Part shown: positions 7,203-16,260 of the stretch, in pieces | Layout of the letters: the number at the start of each line of letters is the position of its first letter | How positions within the stretch are numbered: position 1 is the first letter of the stretch | IMG/VR virus record: IMGVR_UViG_3300024270_000002 | Direction: 5' to 3' (one strand) | DNA: 64,000 nt | Source: a virus | Lineage: Duplodnaviria > Caudoviricetes | Position numbers and translations under genes: made by a program | Notes under the pieces: model-generated | What the model saw: the letters and a program-made list of their open reading frames with translations, nothing else | Databases searched by the model: none | Told to the model about the DNA's origin: nothing

Positions 7203-7544
7203 AGAGCTTGTACTTATTTCTTTTTACTGGATAATAGAAATTAAAAAAGCAGTCAAGCCAATTACGCAAAACTTTTTGAGCCTATACTTATTTCTTTTAA
7301 AATTATGGGATATTTTACAGTAGTTAGGCCAAAGTTATTTGCTAAATTTAATATAGAGCTCATACTTATTTCTTAGCAATACATACAGTCCTGGACGTAT
7401 GGGCCAGGAATCAAATAAAATAGTTGAGCCACATATTTTAAATAGAACCTATGCTTATTTCTTAGAAAAAAGTAATGCGCCGGCGTTGCTGATAAGAGAA
7501 ACCTTATTACTTCCGCTGGCTTAAAGATAGTGTTAGCTAGGTCA
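7203..7544 (+). ncRNA. Tandem array of four small RNAs with a conserved bulged terminal stem
   Basis: Copies 7203-7260, 7278-7331, 7355-7431, 7444-7544; covarying stems and invariant TATTTCT. Confidence 0.6.
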
Positions 7545-7551
7545 AATATAT

Positions 7552-7628
7552 TGCCGAGTAGAGCAGCCTGGTAGCTCGTTAGCCTCATAAGCTAAAGGTC
7601 GTTGGTTCAAATCCAACCTCTGGCACCC
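7552..7628 (+). tRNA. tRNA-Met(CAT), atypical (initiator-type D arm, bulged acceptor, no encoded CCA)
   Basis: GAGC-AGCCTGGTA-GCTC, TTAGC-CTCATAA-GCTAA, GTTGG-TTCAAAT-CCAAC. Confidence 0.75.
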
Positions 7629-7703
7629 GCTGGCGTGGCTCAACGGTAGAGCTACTCACTTGTAATGAGTAGGTTGGGGGTTCGATTCCCTTCGCCAGCT
7701 CCA
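7629..7703 (+). tRNA. tRNA-Thr(TGT)
   Basis: GCTGGCG/CGCCAGC, ACTCA-CTTGTAA-TGAGT, CCA. Confidence 0.9.
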
Positions 7704-7794
7704 GAAATTATGAAGAAAGCTATTCATTTTTGAGTAACTTTCTTTTTTTTATTGTATATTATAATAGTAATTAATAACGTAAAGGAGAATTATT

Positions 7795-8355
7795 TTGAAT
7801 ACTACTATTACAGAAATCAAAGCAGCCTATGAGCATACTAAGGCAGGAATGTTTTTATTCAATATGTGTGCCGCTTGGACAATGTTTCTCGTGAAACATC
7901 GTAAGCTGTATTATATACTTGCCTGTACTTGGGGTATTATTATGACAGTTGCAGGGGTACTCGTATCAGGTTTACTTCAAGCAGTAAAGTTATTTGCAAA
8001 GGATAAGATTAAAATTACTTTTAAACCTTATCATTGGATCTATAGTATATCTGTTGGTCCTGATTATTGGGGAGGTTTTGAATGTGGGCTTTGCTTTCTT
8101 CGTGATCAGAAGTCTACTGGCTCTCTTAATGCTCATGAATTTGGACACACTTTCCAGAATTGCTTATTCGGTCCGCTATTTTTGTTTATTGTTGCCATTC
8201 CGTCGGCGACTTGGTATTGGTCTAGAGAGCTTTCAGAAGCTAATACTAAAAAGCCGTATGATTCTATGTGGTTTGAGGACGCTGCAACACAGTGCGGCTT
8301 GTACGTAATTAGAACTTTAAATGCTAAAGAGCTTGCTAAGATAGCGGAGGCTTAA
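7795..8355 (+). CDS. Membrane protein with HExxH motif
   Basis: Hydrophobic segments, AHEFGH, WFE; SD AAGGAG. Confidence 0.65.
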   Translation: MNTTITEIKAAYEHTKAGMFLFNMCAAWTMFLVKHRKLYYILACTWGIIMTVAGVLVSGLLQAVKLFAKDKIKITFKPYHWIYSISVGPDYWGGFECGLCFLRDQKSTGSLNAHEFGHTFQNCLFGPLFLFIVAIPSATWYWSRELSEANTKKPYDSMWFEDAATQCGLYVIRTLNAKELAKIAEA

Positions 8356-8356
8356 A

Positions 8357-8566
8357 ATGAAAAATTGGAATGCGTGTATTATAGCTTCAATAATTTGCAG
8401 ACTTATCGGTCTTGTTGCTGTTCTTGCTTTTGTATGTTTTATGGTAGTATTTACAGGTAGTTTACATTGTTTATGGTTGTTGTTTTTACTTTTAGCTGTA
8501 GATCTTGTGCCTACTTATGAATTTAAAAGAGAATTTCCAATAAATAAGGAGAATAAAAATGATTAA
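8357..8566 (+). CDS. Small membrane protein
   Basis: Two hydrophobic segments, SD GGAGG. Confidence 0.6.
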   Translation: MKNWNACIIASIICRLIGLVAVLAFVCFMVVFTGSLHCLWLLFLLLAVDLVPTYEFKREFPINKENKND

Positions 8567-9290
8567 AATTACTAAACCTGGCCAGAAAGAATTTCATGGT
8601 TTTTGTAAATGGTGCGGCTGTGAGTTTACTTATGAGATTTCTGACCTAAAGTTATCCGCGACTTCTGATAAGGTAAGTTGCCCTACTTGTGGTAAGGATT
8701 ATCATCATCCATCTATGGTACAAGATCCTACTATTCCTGGCGGTATTGGTTATGGAAGGTTGCAGGATATTACTTGGCCGCCTGATCCTATTCCTTGCAC
8801 GCCGGACATGACTAAAACAGACCCTTGTGCAGGCTGTGCGTGGAGAGAAAACTTACTTAGAGACGGTCTTTATGTTGGTGATACTCCCTGTACTTGGTGC
8901 TACAAGAATAAGTTTAATAGTATTACTTGTACTACGCCGCCTCTTACTGGAACCGTTCAAGGCGTAAGTAAACTTGAGACTTACTTGACACCTTGTGCTG
9001 AACATCTTGATGATACAAAGTGCACCAGTTCTGCACATGTAGCTGGCTCCACTTACACTATCCATAGTGAATATAATAAGCCTGAAGTAGATAAAAAGCT
9101 TCAGGAAGTTTATGACGCCGCAGGCGTAAAAGCTGAAGATATTGCACAAGGAACCGTTATGAGTACCCTTTTAAGTGCTTGCCATAATTGTACGAGCAAC
9201 CTAAATAAGTGTGGCGACACAGAAGGCTATAATTCTTGCTCTGGTGAGCATAATTGTGGTGGTAAGAAAAACTGCAAGGGCAAACATTAA
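8559..9290 (+). CDS. Cys-rich Zn-ribbon protein
   Basis: Multiple CxxC motifs. Confidence 0.65.
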   Translation: MIKITKPGQKEFHGFCKWCGCEFTYEISDLKLSATSDKVSCPTCGKDYHHPSMVQDPTIPGGIGYGRLQDITWPPDPIPCTPDMTKTDPCAGCAWRENLLRDGLYVGDTPCTWCYKNKFNSITCTTPPLTGTVQGVSKLETYLTPCAEHLDDTKCTSSAHVAGSTYTIHSEYNKPEVDKKLQEVYDAAGVKAEDIAQGTVMSTLLSACHNCTSNLNKCGDTEGYNSCSGEHNCGGKKNCKGKH

Positions 9291-9344
9291 AACACGATAC
9301 AGACGAAATATGAGCCAATTAGAAGGCAATTAAGGAGATTTATT

Positions 9345-9569
9345 ATGAAGCCATGTCCTTTCTGCGGAAGTTCTGATATTAGGTATTCAATAAAAACAGG
9401 AACTTCAAATTTTAAACGTATTTATCATGCTAGCTGGTATTGCTGGGATTGTAATACTTATGGTCCTAGAGTGCTTTATAAGCCGGCCGAAGGTGTTCAT
9501 CGTAGTACTGTAGAGAAAGATGAAACTTTGAAAGTGGCAGCACTGAAACTTTGGGAAAATCGTAAATAA
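9345..9569 (+). CDS. Lar-family (restriction alleviation) Zn-ribbon protein
   Basis: MKPCPFCG...CxDC...W pattern. Confidence 0.6.
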   Translation: MKPCPFCGSSDIRYSIKTGTSNFKRIYHASWYCWDCNTYGPRVLYKPAEGVHRSTVEKDETLKVAALKLWENRK

Positions 9570-9650
9570 TTTTTCAAAAATATATAAAAATATTCCTTTT
9601 GAAGTTGTATAATATTAATGTAATTACATAACTTCAGGAGGAATTTTATT

Positions 9651-9884
9651 ATGTATGATTCTATGGTTCGTGATGTGCTTAAGGAGTGGAAAGATGATGC
9701 TAAGGTAACACATCTTATGCTTTATAAGCTGAGAGATGGAGTACTTACTGTCTATACTGATCGTCCTGGCCCGCTTATTGGCTTTCATGGTGAAAGAGTA
9801 GATAGATTTAAGCAGAAGCTTCTTGCGCTTCCTATTTATCATATCAAGGACGTTCGTCTTGAAGAAACTCACGGTATTTTTTGA
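9651..9884 (+). CDS. Stand-alone type II KH domain (ribosomal S3-like)
   Basis: VYTDRPGPLIGFHGERVDRFK resembles S3 IHTARPGIVIGKKG. Confidence 0.6.
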   Translation: MYDSMVRDVLKEWKDDAKVTHLMLYKLRDGVLTVYTDRPGPLIGFHGERVDRFKQKLLALPIYHIKDVRLEETHGIF

Positions 9885-9893
9885 TGATTAATT

Positions 9894-10064
9894 ATGGAAT
9901 GTAAAATTGGAGATATGGTTGAAGCTTATAATGGTAACATCATCGGTTGGATTACCTACATTAATCATCAGAAAGAAGAAGCTGATGTTGAGTGGGATGA
10001 AGGCAACTTTGATTATAACTGTGCTGTTGTTCCTTTTAAATATTTAAAGAAAGTGGAGAATTGA
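9894..10064 (+). CDS. Small SH3/KOW-like hypothetical protein
   Basis: MECKIGDMVE...; not in the ORF track. Confidence 0.5.
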   Translation: MECKIGDMVEAYNGNIIGWITYINHQKEEADVEWDEGNFDYNCAVVPFKYLKKVEN

Positions 10065-10348
10065 CTATGAAAAAGCTTTTAGTTACAGTTTTATTTACTA
10101 TTTTGCTATTTAGCTTGGTTTCTTGTAGTAAGCCACAGATGAGCGGTAATATTGCCGATTGTGCCGAAGCAGTAGATTCTAGCTATATAAATTTCGAGGT
10201 GATAGACTTTAGCTACAGGGATGGCTGGACTATTTTGTATGATAAAAATACAAAAGTTATGTACATTATTCTTGACGGCTATCAGTCTACCGGTATGACG
10301 CCTATTTTAAATGCTGATGGCACACCTAAACTTTATGAAGGAGATTAA
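10061..10348 (+). CDS. Lipoprotein (DUF6440-like)
   Basis: Lipobox LVSC; DKNTKVMY...GMTPILNADG. Confidence 0.6.
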   Translation: MTMKKLLVTVLFTILLFSLVSCSKPQMSGNIADCAEAVDSSYINFEVIDFSYRDGWTILYDKNTKVMYIILDGYQSTGMTPILNADGTPKLYEGD

Positions 10349-10350
10349 TT

Positions 10351-10665
10351 ATGAAATCAACTGGAATTGTAAGAAGAATTGATGATCTTGGAAGAGTGGT
10401 TATCCCTAAGGAAGTAAGACGTACTATGCACATCAAGGAAGGTGATCCTCTGGAACTTTTTATGGACGGGGAATATGTATGCTTTAAGCGTTATGATAGT
10501 TGCCATCCTATTAGACAGTGCCTTGAAACCTTGCAGGAGTGCATTGCTGATGATGCCCTACTTAATGTAGATCAGGCTGAGGCGGCAGCTATTAAATCGC
10601 TTGTTATGCTGCTTAATAAGAATAAGAAGGCATTTGAACTTCAGCCTATTGAGGAGACTACGTAA
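10351..10665 (+). CDS. AbrB/SpoVT-family transcription regulator
   Basis: MKSTGIVRRIDDLGRVVIPKEVRR. Confidence 0.9.
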   Translation: MKSTGIVRRIDDLGRVVIPKEVRRTMHIKEGDPLELFMDGEYVCFKRYDSCHPIRQCLETLQECIADDALLNVDQAEAAAIKSLVMLLNKNKKAFELQPIEETT

Positions 10666-10934
10666 TGATGTTAGAACAAATGGAAACTGCACTTGAACAC
10701 GCTAAGAATGAGCTCAGCTATGCAACTCATCTTGAAGAGTGCGGCGCCAATACTGGTATTAGAAAGATAAATGCTAACAAAGCTGCTTGGCTTAAGTTGG
10801 TAGTTTATCTTGCGGAGCGTGGCCTTGAATACGAGAAATACTTAAATGAGCCTACTATAGCTGCCGTAGAAGAAGCACCTAAGACTGACTTTGAAAAAGT
10901 TATAGAATTTTTTCGAATGATTAATAGCAACTAA
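10665..10934 (+). CDS. Hypothetical protein
   Basis: Translationally coupled ORF. Confidence 0.6.
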   Translation: MMLEQMETALEHAKNELSYATHLEECGANTGIRKINANKAAWLKLVVYLAERGLEYEKYLNEPTIAAVEEAPKTDFEKVIEFFRMINSN

Positions 10935-10945
10935 GTAGTTAAGGA

Positions 10946-11809
10946 GTGGTTAAAATGCATGAGCTTTTACATGCTATAGTACATTCAGTTATTATATTAC
11001 CTTTTTTATATATTGCTTATCTTCTTATGGAGTTACTGGAGCATAAAGCTGGAGATAAATTTAAGGCTAATCTCGCTGCAGACCGTAGAACAGGCCCTGT
11101 CTTGGGTGCTTTCTTTGGGATAATTCCACTCTGCGGCTTCTCAGACCTTGGCGCAAGCCTTTATGCAGGCAGAGTGATTTCTTTAGGTACACTTATAGCA
11201 TTATTTATATCTACTTCTGGTGAAGCTGTTTTTATTGCAGCAGCACATCCTGAAAAATTACTTTCACTTTTCTTTATATTTTTACTTAAGTTTGCATTTG
11301 CCTGTATTTGTGGATTTATAATAGATTTCTACATGAGAGGTAAGCAACCAGATATTCACATTCATGACCTTTGTGAAGCAGAAAAATGTCATTGTGAGCA
11401 CTCAAATGTATTTGTCTCTGCTTTGAGACACGCTGTACCTATGTTTGGTGTTGTGCTTTTTGTGAATTGTCTAGTTGCTTTACTTGAAGCTTTAGGTATT
11501 ATGGAGACTATGAGTATTGCGGTTCAGAATTTTCCAGCTATCGGAGTAATTTTCTCAGCAGTGATTGGGTTTATTCCTGGCTGTGCGCCTTTAGTTCTTC
11601 TTATCAGTTTGTGGTATGAAGGAATGTTATCAGCAGCAGCTCTACTTACTGGTTTGATTACTTCTGCAGGCACCGGCTATTTGGTGCTGTTTAGTACAAA
11701 CAAAAACGTAAAGCATAGTATTTTTATTACAATGTTTATTCTTTCTTTAGCAATTGTTGTAGGCGGTTTTTTTGAACTTACTGGTCTACTTACTAAATTA
11801 GGTGTTTGA
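10946..11809 (+). CDS. Putative manganese/heavy-metal transporter (multi-TM permease)
   Basis: ELLEH, GIIPLCGFS, ISTSGEA, His/Cys-rich loop, GFIPGCA. Confidence 0.7.
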   Translation: MVKMHELLHAIVHSVIILPFLYIAYLLMELLEHKAGDKFKANLAADRRTGPVLGAFFGIIPLCGFSDLGASLYAGRVISLGTLIALFISTSGEAVFIAAAHPEKLLSLFFIFLLKFAFACICGFIIDFYMRGKQPDIHIHDLCEAEKCHCEHSNVFVSALRHAVPMFGVVLFVNCLVALLEALGIMETMSIAVQNFPAIGVIFSAVIGFIPGCAPLVLLISLWYEGMLSAAALLTGLITSAGTGYLVLFSTNKNVKHSIFITMFILSLAIVVGGFFELTGLLTKLGV

Positions 11810-11895
11810 TAATAAAAATTTATAAAAATATTAAAAAATAAGACTTCCTGTATTGTATATTAATATAGGAAGTTTTTACTATTTGTGGAGGATTT

Positions 11896-12465
11896 ATGGC
11901 AACTATTTATCATTACTTTGAAAAGGATACCTTTGAGCCAGAAAAGAACTATTTTTCTACTGAAAAGGTAAAGTGTGAGCGTCAGGAAACTGATGTCGAA
12001 AAGCAGCTTTCGGACCTGTCTTATAAGTGGTCAGCTATTGGCTTTCATTGCATTGGCTGGGGCTGTTTAGTTGGTTTAATTTTGATGCTTACTTTTGGCA
12101 CTCTTGGAAGTCTTTTTAGTTCTTGGTTTTATATCGGAGCTGCAATCGGCGGGATTCTTTTTGTAGGTGGTATTATCTTCGCAAACGCAGTCTGCTGGCC
12201 TACAGAGCAGAAGTATGCGGAAGAGCTTCGAAAGTATAGAATAGACTACGAAAATGTACTGTGGGCGGTAGCAACTACTGATATTAGAATTTATAATGAC
12301 GAACAGAAGAAAATTGCAGAAGCTTGGAGAGCAGAGCATCCTCTTGAGGAAAAGATCAGAGCTTGCCTTAAGGACCCCATGTCAAGTGTAGATATTGCTA
12401 ATCTTGCTAGGTACTATGCAGAAGAATACGTAAAGGAAGGTGTTTCACGTGAAACTGTGGATTGA
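11896..12465 (+). CDS. Membrane protein
   Basis: Two TM helices; promoter and SD upstream. Confidence 0.65.
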   Translation: MATIYHYFEKDTFEPEKNYFSTEKVKCERQETDVEKQLSDLSYKWSAIGFHCIGWGCLVGLILMLTFGTLGSLFSSWFYIGAAIGGILFVGGIIFANAVCWPTEQKYAEELRKYRIDYENVLWAVATTDIRIYNDEQKKIAEAWRAEHPLEEKIRACLKDPMSSVDIANLARYYAEEYVKEGVSRETVD

Positions 12466-12760
12466 TGATGTGCGCCCGGCACCTGATGGCTATTTGCCTT
12501 TTAGAACAGTTAATGACGCATTGCGTTATATTAGACTGAATAGTGATTTTATTGAGCTTATTGATCTCGATCATGATGCTGGTGATTGTGCAAAAGAGGG
12601 TGGCGATTATATTAATGTCTTGCGAGAAATGAATCGGTTAGCTAGAGTGCATAAAATGGACTTTAGTCACATCAGATTTAAACTTCATTCTGCAAATCCG
12701 GTTGGAGTTCAGAATATGCGGTATATTCTTCAGGATAATGGTTGGAAGGAGATTCGCTGA
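12440..12760 (+). CDS. Cyclic-phosphate-processing receiver-domain protein
   Basis: KLWIDDVRP..., DLDHD, HSANPVG. Confidence 0.7.
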   Translation: MFHVKLWIDDVRPAPDGYLPFRTVNDALRYIRLNSDFIELIDLDHDAGDCAKEGGDYINVLREMNRLARVHKMDFSHIRFKLHSANPVGVQNMRYILQDNGWKEIR

Positions 12761-12933
12761 TGTTTAAAATTATGGATTCAGAAAAGCTTTTTATTCCTGT
12801 AAAGTCCGGTTTTTCTACAGCAGCTAAGGCCCTTGATTGGGCAAAAAAGAATTTGCCTAAAGATAGCTGCAGACCATGGAGGCTATGGACTCCTGCAGAT
12901 AGATATAAAAAATATTTTATTCAGAAGTATTAA
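12742..12933 (+). CDS. Hypothetical protein
   Basis: ORF in operon. Confidence 0.5.
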   Translation: MEGDSLMFKIMDSEKLFIPVKSGFSTAAKALDWAKKNLPKDSCRPWRLWTPADRYKKYFIQKY

Positions 12934-12945
12934 GGAGATTTATTA

Positions 12946-13275
12946 ATGAAGCTTAGCAAGATGACTTGGTTTAATACTATTACAGCGGCATTTTGTCTAT
13001 TTTGTGGCATTTATTGCATTTGTCACGGTAATATATTATTTGGTATCTTAGATATAGTCCTCACAGCAGCAAATCTTTACTGTGTCTTTAACTATATTGC
13101 AGAGTGGTGGGAAACGTCAAAAAAGATTCAAAAGAAATTTGTATTTACTTGTAAAAAGTGTGATCATAAATTTGTTCCTAGTTTTTGGCGCTGGACTCTT
13201 GTTCCGCATATTTTTAGTAATAGATTCTTTAAGTGTGATAGATGTAAGTATTATAGCTGGATGAGGAGAAAGTAA
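12946..13275 (+). CDS. Membrane protein with C-terminal Zn ribbon
   Basis: TM segments plus CxxC...CxxC. Confidence 0.6.
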   Translation: MKLSKMTWFNTITAAFCLFCGIYCICHGNILFGILDIVLTAANLYCVFNYIAEWWETSKKIQKKFVFTCKKCDHKFVPSFWRWTLVPHIFSNRFFKCDRCKYYSWMRRK

Positions 13276-13751
13276 TGAAAGTTGTTAGACCGCCTTTTAC
13301 TTGGAGTACTCTTATACACGATTTTAATACAAAAACAGTAAAACCATATGACGTTTTGGCTTATAGAGAAGATCGTATAAAGAAACTAAAAAAGCAGCAC
13401 TCAACAAAAGAAGAATTTGCAGATGCTTTGAAGTTAGATTTTCAATGGCAATATTGGTCGCGCTCTGAATATGAAATGATTCTTTATATTGAAAACGACC
13501 GAGTTTATCTTGAGCCTTGGTGTGGTGATTTTAAAGACGGTAGAATTGATATTACTGACGGAGATACTCTTAATTGGCCGGTCTTTGCTAGGGAGATGCT
13601 TGAGCAGGCTTGGACGGATAAAGAGACTGGTTGTAAGTATGTAAAATTTGATGTATATGATCAACTTAAGTTTAGATTTGATGAGCTAATAGATTTTGTT
13701 TGGAATTATAGACATAAATATCAGAGAATAAAGAAGGAGGAATTAAAATGA
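13275..13751 (+). CDS. Hypothetical phage protein
   Basis: Coupled ORF; YWSRSEYE. Confidence 0.65.
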   Translation: MKVVRPPFTWSTLIHDFNTKTVKPYDVLAYREDRIKKLKKQHSTKEEFADALKLDFQWQYWSRSEYEMILYIENDRVYLEPWCGDFKDGRIDITDGDTLNWPVFAREMLEQAWTDKETGCKYVKFDVYDQLKFRFDELIDFVWNYRHKYQRIKKEELK

Positions 13752-13969
13752 AAGCAAAGATTAGACTTGATACAATGAAAGATATTAATCAGTTTGTTGC
13801 TGTTTGCGCTAGGATATCCACACCTGTTCATATCACTGACGGCGCTGGCCTTAGGGTGTCTGCTAAATCTGTTTTGGGTGTAATGTACTCAATGGAATTT
13901 GCTGATATTTGGTGTGAATGTGATGAGGATATTTATCACTTGATTGAGCGCTTCACTATTATTGATTAA
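13748..13969 (+). CDS. HPr/Crh-like protein
   Basis: VSAKSVLGVM (Ser46 region); no His15 equivalent. Confidence 0.7.
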   Translation: MKAKIRLDTMKDINQFVAVCARISTPVHITDGAGLRVSAKSVLGVMYSMEFADIWCECDEDIYHLIERFTIID

Positions 13970-13983
13970 TTAGGGGTTGCAAT

Positions 13984-14493
13984 ATGAGAGAAGAGATGAT
14001 TGTAAAATATATCGCAGACGACGGCGCTACTTTTAAAGATAAATTGGACTGTCTAAATTATGAAAAGCTTTGTGAAAAGTATAAGAAGTGGTTGGCAGAC
14101 GGTAAAGTGATGTTTTGGGATCACGATGAAAATTACATAAATTTCGACCTCGGCGGCTGTCATGAAGGTGTTAATTATCTTGACTGGCTTAAGAAGCGCC
14201 TGTCCACAGGAATCGGCTATATCATGATTAATGAGCATCCTTGTAGTAGCAGTTGGATTTCCATTTGGGAATTTGTAGTAAAGTTTTGCAACTTTGACAC
14301 AGACGAAATCAAGAAGCTTGAGCCAACGTATCGTGAGGGCGATTTGTTAAACTATGATCCGCATGATTGTAGCTTTCATAATATCGATTTAGTTATTAGA
14401 AATGCTACAGCAGCTAAAGACCGCTTGGTAAAAGACTTAGCACATAAGGCGTTTAATGCCGGTAAGGAGGAAGAAAATGAAGGAACTTGTTAA
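13984..14493 (+). CDS. Hypothetical protein
   Basis: YIADDG.F....C..YE N-terminal motif common in phages. Confidence 0.65.
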   Translation: MREEMIVKYIADDGATFKDKLDCLNYEKLCEKYKKWLADGKVMFWDHDENYINFDLGGCHEGVNYLDWLKKRLSTGIGYIMINEHPCSSSWISIWEFVVKFCNFDTDEIKKLEPTYREGDLLNYDPHDCSFHNIDLVIRNATAAKDRLVKDLAHKAFNAGKEEENEGTC

Positions 14494-14890
14494 CCTTGTT
14501 GCAGAGAATCCCGACCTGCCTATTATTGCCTTGGTACATGGAGAGGTCTGTGGAGATGACTGCGGCTACTGGCTTGGTTGCTGCGGTTCGGCTTCTGTAG
14601 AGCTTGTAGGCTGTATTGGTGAGCGATATTATACTGATTTCGAAGAGTTTATGGAAGTATACTATGATAGACACGATGAGGAGCTCTGTGAGAAATTTAA
14701 TTATAATCCACGTTGTTGTGCGGTTGCTGTAGAGCGTGGCGAATACACTCAGGAGCAGTTTGCAGCTAATTGTCTCGCAGAAGAGCAGCTTGATAATTAT
14801 CTTAAGGAAGTAGCTAATAAATATATGATAAAAGCTATTGTTATGTACGTAGATCTTCCCAAAGATAGTGTTATAATGGAGGTAGACTAA
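14456..14890 (+). CDS. Hypothetical protein (likely start near 14477)
   Basis: ENPDLPII; SD AAGGAGG. Confidence 0.65.
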   Translation: MPVRRKKMKELVNLVAENPDLPIIALVHGEVCGDDCGYWLGCCGSASVELVGCIGERYYTDFEEFMEVYYDRHDEELCEKFNYNPRCCAVAVERGEYTQEQFAANCLAEEQLDNYLKEVANKYMIKAIVMYVDLPKDSVIMEVD

Positions 14891-15333
14891 TGATAGAGCT
14901 TACTTATGGTGAACTTAAACAGGGGCTTCTTTGCTGTACAGTTTATAGAGACTGTAAGGGGTGTCCTTTATTTGATGAAGATAAAATGCAGACGGCTACG
15001 GCTGGTGATGTGTCTTGTACTGGGCAGCTGTTAAGTGCCGCAATGAACTGTATTAATGTGATGGAAAAAGATCTTGATGCTGCTACTAAACGCGCAGACG
15101 AGTGGGAAGCCACTGCAACAGCGCATGAGAAAGCTTTAATTGATCTTCATGATAGTTTAGATATAAAAGATATTAAAGCATTGGCTGCTAAAGAATTTGC
15201 TGGCTTTGTGCAGGAGTGGATGACTTATACTTTTCCATGTGCGGAAGACTGTGACCATAAGGTTCAGCAGGTACTTGATATTTATCTTAACTATTTAAAA
15301 CAACCTAAGCAGTCAACTGAGGGGAAATTCTAA
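14890..15333 (+). CDS. Hypothetical protein
   Basis: Coupled ORF, CxGCP. Confidence 0.6.
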   Translation: MIELTYGELKQGLLCCTVYRDCKGCPLFDEDKMQTATAGDVSCTGQLLSAAMNCINVMEKDLDAATKRADEWEATATAHEKALIDLHDSLDIKDIKALAAKEFAGFVQEWMTYTFPCAEDCDHKVQQVLDIYLNYLKQPKQSTEGKF

Positions 15334-15587
15334 TGGCTGACTTAAGAGGAGCTTTACTTGCTGCAGCTGAAGAAGCTGATAAAATGCAGGACCAGATTGA
15401 TGCCAATGAAGTAGACCTTCGTAATACTCAGGCTGAGTTAGAGAATACTAGGCAGTTACTACTGGACACTCGTTGTATAGTAGAAGAGCTTTATAACAAG
15501 AATGAAACACTTAAGAGGCAGCTTAAGAATACCGGAGAATTGATGCATAATATGGCAGAAATTTTGATTTCAGCGGCAGATTTATGA
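15333..15587 (+). CDS. Coiled-coil hypothetical protein
   Basis: Coupled ORF. Confidence 0.6.
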   Translation: MADLRGALLAAAEEADKMQDQIDANEVDLRNTQAELENTRQLLLDTRCIVEELYNKNETLKRQLKNTGELMHNMAEILISAADL

Positions 15588-15596
15588 GTAAAAGTA

Positions 15597-15917
15597 TTGT
15601 ATAATATAATAGACTTCGGGCTGCTTCGCTTTGAGGCAGCCTTATTATTTTTGGAGGAAATTAAGATGCTACAGCGAATTGATATTAAATTAGCAGAGTA
15701 CTGGTTTGGCTATAATGAGTACTATGTTTATTATGACGACGAATACATGACACAGGAGCAAGCAGAGAAAGCCCTTGAGTTTATCGACTGGGGCGGGTGG
15801 GAGCCTGAACTTACGCCTTATTATCTTATCGTGCCGGCAGTAAAGAAACCACTTTTAAACAGTATTAAAGAATATTTTGTAAGTGGACGTCACCAGGAGG
15901 AAAATAATGAAACTTGA
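15597..15917 (+). CDS. Hypothetical protein (likely true start 15666)
   Basis: SD GGAGG precedes the ATG at 15666. Confidence 0.55.
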   Translation: MYNIIDFGLLRFEAALLFLEEIKMLQRIDIKLAEYWFGYNEYYVYYDDEYMTQEQAEKALEFIDWGGWEPELTPYYLIVPAVKKPLLNSIKEYFVSGRHQEENNET

Positions 15918-16260
15918 TTTGCACGATATTGAGAAGTGTGAAGCTTGCGGAGCAGAAAATGTAAAAGGTCTTGTTGCTTGTTCTTTATTTGGAGCATACT
16001 CTGGGGCGTGGTGTGAAAACTGCCTTAGAGAAGGTAGAGATAGCTACAACTTGATGGTAGACTATATTGCTGATGCGGGGCAGTGGCCTGAGGATATAAA
16101 TGAGACTTATCAAGAAGAAGTTAGACGTCAGCTTAAATTGCATAATAAAACAGAAGAAGACTTTAAGAAAGACGTAGATAAGATTATTGAGTTTTTACGC
16201 TCAGATATGCCTACTACTTATATAGTTTTAGATACTATTGGTACAGAGGGGGATTTTTAA
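15883..16260 (+). CDS. Hypothetical Zn-binding protein
   Basis: CxxC...CxxC. Confidence 0.6.
   Translation: MDVTRRKIMKLDLHDIEKCEACGAENVKGLVACSLFGAYSGAWCENCLREGRDSYNLMVDYIADAGQWPEDINETYQEEVRRQLKLHNKTEEDFKKDVDKIIEFLRSDMPTTYIVLDTIGTEGDF

Noticed and set aside
7203-7544. CRISPR array
   Set aside because: Repeats are degenerate, paired 5'/3' halves with covariation and very unequal interiors; no cas genes.
1147-7588. ORF-track entries overlapping the tRNA/ncRNA cluster (1147, 4221, 4361, 4444, 4592, 4619, 4934, 5784, 6017, 6568, 7373)
   Set aside because: They are shadows of tRNA genes and structured RNAs; no SD or protein-like composition.
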